From: a virus
Taxonomy: Duplodnaviria > Caudoviricetes
Virus record (IMG/VR): IMGVR_UViG_2858943916_000002
Location: 1-64,000 of that record
Reading direction: 5' to 3' (one strand)
Length of the DNA: 64,000 nt
Shown: piece after piece, positions 45,906 to 54,806 of the stretch
Position numbering within the stretch: position 1 is the first letter of the stretch
How the letters are laid out: each line of letters opens with the position of its first letter
Notes under the pieces: generated by a model
The model's input: the letters and a program-made list of their open reading frames with translations, nothing else
Told to the model about the DNA's origin: nothing
Databases searched by the model: none
Made by a program: the position numbers and the translations under genes

Positions 45906-45913
45906 GCACACAG
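45898..45913. promoter_or_regulatory. putative LexA (SOS) box
   Basis: CTGTATAAGCACACAG matches CTGT-N8-ACAG. Confidence 0.5.
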
Positions 45914-46457
45914 TCCAGGGCGTCGAGTTTTAGACATCTAATTGACGCCCGAGCGCAAAGCCTTTGTTTATGTGGTTCTCCGGCCTATAGATGTATTCCG
46001 TCATGCCCTGCCCCGCCTGACGCTGCAAATATCCCGACACTGCCGTTCTCCGCTCGCGATGAATGAGGGTCACAGTGTCGAGGCTGCCGCAGGGCGCCAC
46101 AATTCGCGGATACCGAGCTGGATCAAAACATCGCACCATCCGGCCGAGTCGACATCGGCCCAGGACAACGCCCAAGAAAATGTTGTAACCCCTTAATTTC
46201 CATCGGGTTTTCCCTATTGCCCAGGCCCCAGGGCGGCAGTAGATTGAAGTTGCCGGGCTGTCTGACACCCATCGCGTGCGAAGCCGGGCAGGAGCGCCTC
46301 AGACTCATCGCGAGCTGGGGCGCTCTTCCATTCCACGGTCCGCAAACAGGGACCCGGCGCGCCGGCGGCATTACAAAATCTATACACAGTCGCCCAATCC
46401 CCTCACAGGGCCATGGCTAGCATTGCGTCTTTCGTTGCCCGATTCGATTGACGACCT

Positions 46458-47636
46458 ATGCTTGCCTACGCCCCACAGCCCAGGGCCTCGCGCCCCGTGC
46501 AGGGCGCCGCCGTCCACAATCCCGCCATCGACGCCCTGCGTGGCCTGGCGATCCTGTGCGTCGTGCTGCTGCACGTGCAGATCCACATCCCGCAAGAACA
46601 GAGCCTGCTGGGAAAAGTGCTGCCGCCCGCCCTCTTCAACCTCGTCTTTCGCAGCGGCTACTACGGCGTCATCATTTTTTTCGTGATCTCGGGCTTTCTC
46701 ATCACGCGCGCAGCCCTCGAGCGCTGGGGCAGCCTGGAAGCCGTCCCCTGGAAACCGTTCCTGCGACGCCGGATCGCCCGCATCTACCCCTGCCTGGCTT
46801 TGCTGGTATTGATACTGGCCGGCCTGCACTGGGCCGAGGTCCCCGGCTTCGTCGTCGACAACACCAGCCTCGCCCGGGCTGCGGCCAGCGCGCTGGCGCT
46901 GCATCTGAATTGGCTGGAAGCCCAGGTCGGCTACCTGCCCGCGGCCTGGAACGTGTTGTGGTCGCTGTCCATCGAAGAGGCGTTCTATCTGGCGTTTCCG
47001 CTGATCTGCATGCTGGCGCTGGCGGCGGGCCGGCGCGCACTGATCGTGGCGCTGCTGCTGTTCGTGGGGCTGGGTCCCTTCGCCCGGGCTGCCTTCAGCG
47101 CCAACGAAATCTGGGCCGACCACGCCTACCTGTCCGGCATGGACGGCATCGCCATCGGCTGCCTCGCGGCCTTGTACGCCGCCTGCCCCGCCCGCTGCGC
47201 GCGGCACGGCCGCAGGCTGCTGCTTGCCGGCACCGCGCTGTTCTCACTGGTGTTCCTGTTGCGCAAGACCACCCACATGCTGGGCCTGACGGGCCTGGGG
47301 CTGAACGTCACGCTGCTAGAGATCGGCGTGGCCTGCCTGCTGATAGGCTGGAGCCGTCCGCGGCGTGCGCCACGTCCCAACGCCATCGCCGCCGCGCTGC
47401 GCTGGGCCGGGCAAAACAGTTACGAGATCTACCTCACCCACATGTTCCCCGTGCTGCTGCTGGCGGCCGCATCGTGCCGCAATTCCGGCGGCGTCGTGTC
47501 GACCTGGTGGCGGGCGGGCGCGCTGACCGCGGCCAGCGTGCTGGCGATCCTGCTGTCGGCCATGCTGGGGGGATTGGTGGCGCGCTATTATTCGACGCCC
47601 ATGCGCCACTGGCTGACCCGGCCCGCCCCACGATGA
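46458..47636 (+). CDS. acyltransferase-3 family membrane O-acyltransferase (OafA-like)
   Basis: IDALRGLAIL.VVLLH; GV.IFFVISGFLI; RRIARIYP; LWSLSIEE.FY; SYEIYL.H. Confidence 0.93.
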   Translation: MLAYAPQPRASRPVQGAAVHNPAIDALRGLAILCVVLLHVQIHIPQEQSLLGKVLPPALFNLVFRSGYYGVIIFFVISGFLITRAALERWGSLEAVPWKPFLRRRIARIYPCLALLVLILAGLHWAEVPGFVVDNTSLARAAASALALHLNWLEAQVGYLPAAWNVLWSLSIEEAFYLAFPLICMLALAAGRRALIVALLLFVGLGPFARAAFSANEIWADHAYLSGMDGIAIGCLAALYAACPARCARHGRRLLLAGTALFSLVFLLRKTTHMLGLTGLGLNVTLLEIGVACLLIGWSRPRRAPRPNAIAAALRWAGQNSYEIYLTHMFPVLLLAAASCRNSGGVVSTWWRAGALTAASVLAILLSAMLGGLVARYYSTPMRHWLTRPAPR

Positions 47637-47763
47637 AGCGGCAGACGGCTGCTCTGTTCCACGCGGTGCGTCGGGCGCCGCTGGCACCCATCCGGCAAGG
47701 CCACCGTGAAAAAGCATACGATCGGTTATCCTCCGCAGCAAAAACCACGAGGATGAATCGAAC

Positions 47764-48684
47764 GTGAGCACCGCTCATTCCTTCCAGACCGGCAAACTGG
47801 CGTTGGTCCTGTCCAATCGGCTGGGTGATACGTTATATCAGATGACCCTGGCCAACAATCTGCGCAAGGCCGGCCGCGACCTCACCGTGTATGGCGTGCA
47901 CGGCCACGCCTTGCGGGAATGGTTTCCCGACTTCGATATCCAGCCCCTACCCGCGGACATCGACGGCCTGGCGGGATACGACACCATCGTGCAAATGGAC
48001 CCGGACAGCCCATTCGACGGCCTGACCCGAGTCTGCAGGCGTTTTCTCAGCACCAAGGAATGGGGCAAGATCCGGGCGGCGCCGCGCAGGCATGCCTCGC
48101 CCAACGGCATCCTGGATGAATTCCGCCGGTTCTCGGTCGACGCCTTCGGCCTGACCGAATGGAGCGACGACAACGGACTGCGCGCGCCCGCGCGCTTCAA
48201 GGCCCGCCTGCACGACAAACGCGTAATCCTGCACCCCACCTCGAGCGAAGCGGAACGCTGCTGGACGCCGGGAAAATACGTCCTGGTCGCCCGTCGCCTG
48301 CGCGCCATGGGCTATGAACCCACCTTCGTGCTGGCGCCCTCTGAACGCGCGTTCTGGCGCCCGCTGCTGGAGCAGGCCCATGCCGGCCTGGTGGAAGCGC
48401 CCTCCATCGATGGTGTCGCCGCGCAAGTCTACGAGTCGGGCTGGTTCATCGGCACCGATTCCGGGATCGGCCACCTGGCCTCCTGTTGCGGCCTGCCGAC
48501 GGTGACCATCGTCGACCGCCCCCGCAATATGCCGCGCTGGCGGCCGGCCTGGGCCGACAACATCATCGTCAAGCCGTGGTGGCTGCCCCTGCGGACCCTG
48601 CGCCGCAAATATTGGCGCGAGGCCACCACGGTGGCCGCGGTGATGCGTTGCTTCGGACGCATGGTGCATCGCCAACGCCGCTGA
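47764..48684 (+). CDS. glycosyltransferase family 9 (heptosyltransferase-like)
   Basis: NRLGDTL; VILHP..S..RCW; FIGTDSGIGHLA. Confidence 0.9.
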   Translation: MSTAHSFQTGKLALVLSNRLGDTLYQMTLANNLRKAGRDLTVYGVHGHALREWFPDFDIQPLPADIDGLAGYDTIVQMDPDSPFDGLTRVCRRFLSTKEWGKIRAAPRRHASPNGILDEFRRFSVDAFGLTEWSDDNGLRAPARFKARLHDKRVILHPTSSEAERCWTPGKYVLVARRLRAMGYEPTFVLAPSERAFWRPLLEQAHAGLVEAPSIDGVAAQVYESGWFIGTDSGIGHLASCCGLPTVTIVDRPRNMPRWRPAWADNIIVKPWWLPLRTLRRKYWREATTVAAVMRCFGRMVHRQRR

Positions 48685-48785
48685 GCGGGAAAACAAACAA
48701 ACCGGTTGTCGACATGTCGGCAACCAGCCTGGCTCGGCAAGGCCGATTCCCGCCGCGCACGAGACTCCTGAACGTCGTTCTCGCG

Positions 48786-49928
48786 TCAGGCTGCCACCGC
48801 CCCGCTCCTGACCATCCTCGCCTCGTCCATCGCGGCCTCGTAAGCGCTCAACGTCTCGGCCATCTTCTGGGACAGTACCAGGTGACGGTCGGCGAACGCC
48901 CGCGCCTGCTCCGCAATGCGGGCGGCCTGCTCCGGATGCGACCAGATCCACGCCAGTCGTTCGGCAAAACCGGCGATGTCACCCACCGGCGCCAGCCAAC
49001 CCGTGCTGCCAGGGTGAACGATCTCCGGCAATCCCCCGACCGCGCTGGCGACCACCGGACAACGCGCCGCATAGGCTTCTGGCACGACGCGGGACCAGGC
49101 CTCGTTGACGGATGGCACCAGCACCGCGTCGGCGGCATGGATGACACTGGCGATATCCTCGCGATGTCCGGCGAATGTCACGCACCCGCCGATTCCCAGT
49201 TCCGCCACCAGCTCTTGCAGTTTCTGGCCATACGCCATGGTGCCGCGTGTCGGCATGCCCACCACCAGGGCGTGCGCCGGCAACCCGCGCTGGCGCAGCA
49301 GATGCACCACGCGCAGCAGGTCCTCCTGGCGTTTGTCCGGGCGCAGCATGCCGATGGTCGCGACGACGAACGCGGCCGGATCCAGCCCCAACTCGCGCCG
49401 GGCCGCCTGGCGCCGCTCCAGCTTGTCCGCGCCCACGAAAAAGCCATGGTCGGCCCATTCCCCAACGACACTGATACGGTCCTGCGCGGCAAAGCCCGCC
49501 GTGACGATATCCTGGGCGCCCCCCTGGCTGGTGGTGATGACGCGGTGGCAGCCCAGGCGCCATTCCAGCCGTCGCCGCCAGCAGGTGCCCAGAGGGCGGG
49601 CGAAGTGCCAGGTCCGTACCAGCGAGCACAGGTCGCGGCATAGCGCGGTCGCCTTGGCGTCCGATGTGCCGTGCGCATCGATGACCTGGATGCGCAGATC
49701 CTTGACCAACCGGCGCAGCTTGAGCATGCCCGACCACGAATACGGCGAACGGAAATTCATGCCGATGGTCGCCAATCCCCAACTGCGCGCAAGCTTCAGG
49801 GTTTCGCTTCCTGGCGGCGCGGCAATCGCCACAGCGTGGCCCTGCTCCCGCAGCCAGCGGGCCTGATCCAGGACGCGAAACTCCAAGCCACCCAGATTCG
49901 AGCCAGAAAGCGTGTGCAGAATTTGCAT
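48786..49928 (-). CDS. glycosyltransferase family 4
   Basis: ILH...GGLE.RV; G.LRPDKRQE; EAWSRVVPEA..PVVAS.VGG.PEIV (Ex7E motif). Confidence 0.92.
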   Translation of the reverse strand: MQILHTLSGSNLGGLEFRVLDQARWLREQGHAVAIAAPPGSETLKLARSWGLATIGMNFRSPYSWSGMLKLRRLVKDLRIQVIDAHGTSDAKATALCRDLCSLVRTWHFARPLGTCWRRRLEWRLGCHRVITTSQGGAQDIVTAGFAAQDRISVVGEWADHGFFVGADKLERRQAARRELGLDPAAFVVATIGMLRPDKRQEDLLRVVHLLRQRGLPAHALVVGMPTRGTMAYGQKLQELVAELGIGGCVTFAGHREDIASVIHAADAVLVPSVNEAWSRVVPEAYAARCPVVASAVGGLPEIVHPGSTGWLAPVGDIAGFAERLAWIWSHPEQAARIAEQARAFADRHLVLSQKMAETLSAYEAAMDEARMVRSGAVAA

Positions 49929-50648
49929 GAAAATAAAAAGACCGGAAAGCGTGACGCAACTGGCGACGCCCGGTGGCAACTCCGCCCCCCGGACCAGCCC
50001 GACTCGGTTGGCGCCCAGGCAGGCGCGGCATGAGCGGGATCTCGAATCCGCAGGTCGGCGCTTGGTAAGATGGCCGTCGCGCATCCTTGCGCGGCAGGCT
50101 ATCGGGTCATCGAAACCAACTGAAACGCCAATTTTGTGAAATTTAGCTATCGGTCAGGAATATAGACAGGCAAAAGGGGACGAATTAGGCGATGCCTTTA
50201 ACTATTGTTAATTTCTTTGCTGATTTCGTAACATTCTGATTCCACTCCTCCCCTCCTGTCCAAGGTGGCGCCGCCGGCATGCGCTGGCACGAAAGGGAGC
50301 AATACCCAGACAACAAGGGTTGGAACCAGAAGCCGAACGGCCTCTTGCGCCGCGCGGGCCTGTCGGCCGCAACAGCGCCGATGGCGGGAGAATTGAGGGG
50401 AAAGCCATAGGGGAATGACGACGGGCGCTCCACCCTCGCATTGCGCGAGGCATCGTCATCAGCGCTGTCCTACGTGCCGCCCATGCCGGCCCGGTCTGTG
50501 CCGACCGGGAATCAGCGCTCAGAAAATACAGGTCTTTTGCGTGCAGGTCTTTTGCGCGCCTTCGACCAGAAAAACCGCCACCCGACGATAAACCGATGCC
50601 ATGCGGGCGCCTGTCGACATGGCGCGGTGGACCGCCGCTGCATCACGG

Positions 50649-50690
50649 AAAACAAAGCGGGCCTCGGATTGCTCCGAGACCCGCATTGTT
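50649..50690 (-). terminator. terminator downstream of the tRNA 3' fragment
   Basis: GCGGGCCTCGGA..TCCGAGACCCGC hairpin with A-run on the plus strand. Confidence 0.75.
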
Positions 50691-50693
50691 CTT

Positions 50694-50740
50694 TGGTAGG
50701 CCCCCCGAGAGTCGAACTCGGCACCAACGGATTATGAGTC
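50694..50740 (-). tRNA. 3' fragment (47 bp) of tRNA(CAT), probably Ile2; att core of prophage 2
   Basis: minus strand GACTCATAATCCGTTGGTGCCGAGTTCGACTCTCGGGGGGCCTACCA has anticodon loop, T arm and CCA, but no 5' half. Confidence 0.9.
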
Positions 50741-50781
50741 TGCCGAGGAATCTAGGCTTTATGCGGGTTTCGGGCCGGTGG

Positions 50782-50856
50782 CCGTTCCGCAATCATAATG
50801 GCGTACCGCCGAAAAATCCCTTTAGAATCAAACACCGATTTTCCATTGCGGAACGG
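50782..50856. repeat. 12-bp perfect inverted repeat, candidate integrase arm sites
   Basis: CCGTTCCGCAAT (50782) and ATTGCGGAACGG (50845), next to the att core. Confidence 0.6.
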
Positions 50857-50876
50857 TTTTTTTTGGGGGGGCGGAC

Positions 50877-51095
50877 ATGGACGACAACGGAATCCTGGAG
50901 CAGGTGCCCGGCCAGTACGTGGCCCAGGCCGCCCTTACCCTGCCGCCGGCGGCCACCGCCGAGGACCGCGACTACCAGGTCGAGATCGACGCCGGGCACG
51001 CCGGTCGGGTGCGCATCACCTTTCGGCGCCACAAGGCCCGGCGTGCCAAACACACGCATTGGTTCTGGGCAGCCAAGCGAGCGGACGCTGTCTAG
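50877..51095 (+). CDS. hypothetical protein (72 aa) at the prophage end
   Basis: high-GC codon pattern; converges on Rz with overlapping stops. Confidence 0.65.
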   Translation: MDDNGILEQVPGQYVAQAALTLPPAATAEDRDYQVEIDAGHAGRVRITFRRHKARRAKHTHWFWAAKRADAV

Positions 51096-51556
51096 GGCCT
51101 GACGCCGCGCAGGCCGCGGATATAGCCTTGCAGGCCGTTCACCTGGTCGGCCCATCCTGCGGCGTCGGCAGCCAGGTCTCCATATTCCGCGTAGCACGCT
51201 GCAAAACCTCCGATCCAGTCGGGGCCGGCCTCATCAGGTCGGCGGCCGGCTCGGGGATTTGCGGGATCGCGGCCGGCGGAGCGGAGCAGGCGGTCAAGCT
51301 GAGCGCGGGCAGCAGCCAGGCCAGTTTTCGCAGCCTCGCGCGCCAGGACGGCACCACGATATTGGGCATCAGCACGGTCTTTCTCCAGTTGGTAGGCTTC
51401 GGTGATGGCGCGCTGCGCGGCCTCGGCGCGGGCGCGCTCCTTGGTGACGCCGGCGGCCTCCCGGCTGGCGCCGTACAGCACGACGCCGGCGCCCAGCACC
51501 AGCACCACCAGCGCGCCGCCGATCCAGGGCAGCGCCAACTTCCAGAACGGGTTCAT
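51092..51556 (-). CDS. Rz-like inner-membrane spanin
   Basis: N-terminal TM, coiled coil, ATGA-coupled to endolysin. Confidence 0.85.
   Translation of the reverse strand: MNPFWKLALPWIGGALVVLVLGAGVVLYGASREAAGVTKERARAEAAQRAITEAYQLEKDRADAQYRGAVLAREAAKTGLAAARAQLDRLLRSAGRDPANPRAGRRPDEAGPDWIGGFAACYAEYGDLAADAAGWADQVNGLQGYIRGLRGVRP
51139..51375 (-). CDS. Rz1-like lipoprotein nested in Rz
   Basis: lipobox LSLTAC; IPEP.ADLMRP.P. Confidence 0.85.
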   Translation of the reverse strand: MLMPNIVVPSWRARLRKLAWLLPALSLTACSAPPAAIPQIPEPAADLMRPAPTGSEVLQRATRNMETWLPTPQDGPTR

Positions 51557-52044
51557 GCCTGCACCTCGGCGGCGGCCTGGCGGTAGAGGTCAGGCCAGGT
51601 GTGCGGGTGCGGCTTGCCCGGCCGCCAGGTGCGCAGGTACAGCGCCCATCCTGCGTCAGCATCGCCGACAGCCGGCAGCGCCTTCGGATCGGTCCACAGC
51701 AGCAACCGGGCGACGCCGGCGGCCAGCACGTCGTCATACTCCAGAGCCGCATAAATCGCGTCCGGGTCATAAGCCACACTGCGGGCGTTGCACAGCACCG
51801 CCAGGTGATCCTTGCTCGCCGGGTGCAGGAACACGCCCCACACACCGCCCCGGCTCGCCCGCGTACCCTTTTCGAATTGCCAGAAGCCCCGCGCCGGTCC
51901 GCCGATCTGCTGGCGGTGCGTGAACCGGCTTTCCTGCAGGCCGATGGCCAGCAACATCACGCGCGCCGCGGGCGTGTCCATGGCAGCCGGCAGCAGCGAC
52001 AGCGCGGGGGTGATGGCGGCGGAAACGATAGTGTCCAAGGTCAT
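51553..52044 (-). CDS. endolysin, SLT-like transglycosylase (163 aa)
   Basis: 136/163 identical by hand alignment to the 6331-6822 endolysin. Confidence 0.8.
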   Translation of the reverse strand: MTLDTIVSAAITPALSLLPAAMDTPAARVMLLAIGLQESRFTHRQQIGGPARGFWQFEKGTRASRGGVWGVFLHPASKDHLAVLCNARSVAYDPDAIYAALEYDDVLAAGVARLLLWTDPKALPAVGDADAGWALYLRTWRPGKPHPHTWPDLYRQAAAEVQA

Positions 52045-52325
52045 AGCGTGGGTTTCCTGATGTGCTTTGCCGTCACAGCGGCGACATAGAAGGCGGCCGA
52101 CGCGGCAAGCGCTGCATCGCCGGCACTCGCCCAGCCGGCAATGAAGATCCGGCACGCCGCGCCGGTGGCGGTCAGGCTGACGGCGGCCAGGCCGATACGC
52201 TCGAAAGTGGTGTCCTTGATGGTGCGGGAGAAGACCGCCAGCACCGCCCCGCCAGCCACGATGAGCCAACTCACGAACGCCAGCACGGCCCAGAGCGTCA
52301 GGTAAATGGTGCTGTCCATGGTCAT
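52041..52325 (-). CDS. three-TM holin/antiholin-like protein
   Basis: hydrophobic, ATGA-coupled in the lysis cassette. Confidence 0.7.
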   Translation of the reverse strand: MTMDSTIYLTLWAVLAFVSWLIVAGGAVLAVFSRTIKDTTFERIGLAAVSLTATGAACRIFIAGWASAGDAALAASAAFYVAAVTAKHIRKPTL

Positions 52326-52630
52326 GCCCCCTTACCGCGCACGCGGTCGATCACTGCCTGCCACAGCGCGCCGATGGGCGCCGCCTGCACGGCCTCCCAC
52401 GCGCGCGACACGATGGCCATGCCGAACATTCCAGTCAGGAAGCCGGCCAAGCCTTCCGGAATACCCAGCAGCAATGACAGGTATGGCGACGCGTAGAAGG
52501 CCACCAGCGAACCGCTGGCCGCCATGCTCAGGCGCGCCGGCCACGAACCCTGCAGGTAGCGCATGGACACGGCCGCGCCCAGCACCCCGGCGAACTTTGC
52601 CGCGAAGGCGTCGAAGTCTTGGATGTTCAA
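52322..52630 (-). CDS. holin
   Basis: AGVLGAAVS..GS..AFYASP..GFL.GMFGMAI. Confidence 0.8.
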   Translation of the reverse strand: MNIQDFDAFAAKFAGVLGAAVSMRYLQGSWPARLSMAASGSLVAFYASPYLSLLLGIPEGLAGFLTGMFGMAIVSRAWEAVQAAPIGALWQAVIDRVRGKGA

Positions 52631-52687
52631 TCGCGTCCCCTATAGACGAAAAAAATCCCGCACGAGGCGGGCACTTTGGGCTAACCC

Positions 52688-53057
52688 TTATCTCTCAAAT
52701 GATCGATGCCTGATCACTGACAAATGGCCGCCGGGATCAATAGGAAATATGGGATTTGGGATAGACGGCGAAGGCAACGAAGCATCCCCGCCGGCATAGA
52801 CGATCGCGGCAACATAGCCGTCCAAATCATATGGCACGCGATACCTGCCACTCAGATTCAAGATCCCATGATGCATGTTGTTTGACACATTGAACCCAAG
52901 GCCGAGCCCACCAAAGCCGACGCCGGCTGTCTCGATGTTGGCACCGGAAAGCGACTGTGCCATAGTTAGCTATAGGCAGCGATGTGACTTTCTCGCAGGG
53001 CGTGGGCGACTGGAAGAGTTCCGTCTTTGGCGAATGAAGCCGCAGCAATATCTTCAT
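52688..53057 (-). pseudogene. probable frameshifted gene (about 32 + 90 aa) or two overlapping ORFs
   Basis: coupled start 53057 gives a plausible N-terminus then junk-like sequence; the +1 frame from about 52963 looks protein-like. Confidence 0.45.
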
Positions 53058-53533
53058 CAGATGATGAACTCATCAAGCGTCATGACGGCTGGCACGTTCG
53101 TCACAAAATTCATATCTCCGCGGCTACCGAGATAGACGGAGCCGGACCAAATGCGCCACCGAAACTCGTAGGTATGTGCGCCTGAAAGCGGTGTAGTGTC
53201 CCGCCATCGGAGGTAGATCGGAACTACTGCAGCATTCGTCGGGATCGATACGGCGCCCACCTGCTCCAGCAGTTGACCATCACGGAATATCCCGAATAGC
53301 ACCAGGCCATCCGCTGAGCGCCCTACAATGCCGGAAAGCGCCACCTCGACACCACAGGGCTCAGTCATGCCTTCGAGCGTGATCTGCGCCCCAGCGATAG
53401 GCATCCATGAAGGCGTCGCTCCGTATGCAGCGCCTTGGGCCTGAACAATTGCGGATTTTGTACGCGTGTAGCCGCCGCCAGGTGGCCTGCATACACAGGA
53501 CAACTCTTGCAGGTTGATAACAATTTCCGGCAT
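53057..53533 (-). CDS. beta-sandwich-like protein resembling a tail fibre distal domain (158 aa)
   Basis: GAGGGG RBS; PIYLRWRDTTPLSGAHTYEFRWR. Confidence 0.65.
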   Translation of the reverse strand: MPEIVINLQELSCVCRPPGGGYTRTKSAIVQAQGAAYGATPSWMPIAGAQITLEGMTEPCGVEVALSGIVGRSADGLVLFGIFRDGQLLEQVGAVSIPTNAAVVPIYLRWRDTTPLSGAHTYEFRWRIWSGSVYLGSRGDMNFVTNVPAVMTLDEFII

Positions 53534-53607
53534 TTCTTGAATCCCCTCGTTCTCTACCGGGCAAATGTATCCAGATCGTGCCTAACCGCCTGATCGAATC
53601 CGCTTGG

Positions 53608-54039
53608 TCAGTTCGGCGGCTCAGGCCATTGGATGGACGACGGATACCCCGATTGCGTGGAGATACGAGAAAGACTGATTCTATACGTCTTCCACTGGCG
53701 CAACGATTCGATTTCCTCGGCCGTCGCAAGATTCAGCTCAACGGCGTCTTCGAGCGGTGCAATTCGCATGGTGGCAACATAAAGCAGCTCATCCCGACGC
53801 GCTTCTGCAGCAGTGGCCAGCTGTGCAATCGTTGGTTTCGGGGCATCGCCCCACGCCGGCAGCCCGTCATCACCAACGGCACGGGTTTTCCCATCAGGGG
53901 CAGTCCCAAGAGAGAACTCAGCAAAGGCCTCGTACGGAACGGCTACCACATCTGCTGGGAGAGTCCCAGCTTGCTCGTAGTCGCTCCGCATGTCCAACGG
54001 ATAGAAGCTATTTTCTGACGGTGAAAATAGGACTTTCAT
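53608..54039 (-). CDS. tail fibre assembly chaperone
   Basis: FSPSENSFY..G.P.W.D.P..L..WK.YR..L.R. Confidence 0.88.
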   Translation of the reverse strand: MKVLFSPSENSFYPLDMRSDYEQAGTLPADVVAVPYEAFAEFSLGTAPDGKTRAVGDDGLPAWGDAPKPTIAQLATAAEARRDELLYVATMRIAPLEDAVELNLATAEEIESLRQWKTYRISLSRISTQSGYPSSIQWPEPPN

Positions 54040-54050
54040 GGTTCTCTCCT

Positions 54051-54806
54051 TTAGCGGCCAATTGCCCGCCAGTAAATGCTGCCGCTCGTCGTGGCCCGGT
54101 ACAGAAAGAAGTTAGTCAGACTAGTCCCGTTTTTAGCGGCACGCGTGGTCTGCGTGATCGTTGTCGCATTGCTCGCGTACACCGCGAGTACCTCGTTCGG
54201 AAATGGAATCGGGAAGTTCGTGAGGGTATCGATGTCGGGATTGATCGTCGCGAATCCCCACTGCTCAATGTAGCCGCCCGGAAGCTTCCGAAATCCGTTG
54301 GTAGTGAGAGACTGATTTCCCCCGCCCAGCGCATCTGCCAACTTCTTGGGCGTGATGAGGACCGTATCGTCCGTTAAAGCTTGCGCCTGTGCGGTGGTCG
54401 CAATTCCGGCTCCCATGTCCGCCCAGCCAGCGCCACCAGTATCGGGATTTGTCGTATTGTTATCGACCAAGCTCAGCCAATAACCGTTTCCAGCAGCTTG
54501 CCTGACTTGGGAGCCCTTGGGGTAGCCGCCAATGGCTGCGCTGAACGCGGCATCATAGGAATAGCCTGCCCCGGCCTGCCCCCAGCGCATTGCAGCGCTC
54601 AAAAAATTGAGGATGCCGTTGAAGTCTGCGCCGTAAGGGGGTACGCCACCCGCCGCCAGAGGCGTCATCGTCAACGGTGGGAACCCGTCGGTGAACGAAG
54701 CCGCGCCAGGCGTCACACCGATCTGAGAGGCGACGGGGATGGTGTTTTTGGTGCCGCTCTGCGCGAACGGAACAGCGGATTTGCTGGGTGCGTTGCTAGC
54801 CTGCAT
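54051..54806 (-). CDS. short tail fibre protein (251 aa)
   Basis: GAASF.DGFPPLT..GG.PP.G.DFNG; GGYPKG; C-terminal NGFRKLPGG.IEQWG..YWRAIG. Confidence 0.9.
   Translation of the reverse strand: MQASNAPSKSAVPFAQSGTKNTIPVASQIGVTPGAASFTDGFPPLTMTPLAAGGVPPYGADFNGILNFLSAAMRWGQAGAGYSYDAAFSAAIGGYPKGSQVRQAAGNGYWLSLVDNNTTNPDTGGAGWADMGAGIATTAQAQALTDDTVLITPKKLADALGGGNQSLTTNGFRKLPGGYIEQWGFATINPDIDTLTNFPIPFPNEVLAVYASNATTITQTTRAAKNGTSLTNFFLYRATTSGSIYWRAIGR

Noticed and set aside
45930-46268. ORFs and a CGACACTG/CAGTGTCG inverted repeat (46035-46080) right of int, considered as att target gene or ncRNA
   Set aside because: No tRNA, tmRNA, 6S or SRP signature recognised and the matching att is outside the window, so the exact att could not be fixed
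46380-47767. 275-aa and 439-aa alternative ORFs over the acyltransferase
   Set aside because: Alternative-frame or antisense artefacts; the 392-aa frame carries all the family motifs
50085-50640. Short ORFs upstream of the GT4 gene
   Set aside because: No motifs or RBS; more likely promoter and intergenic DNA
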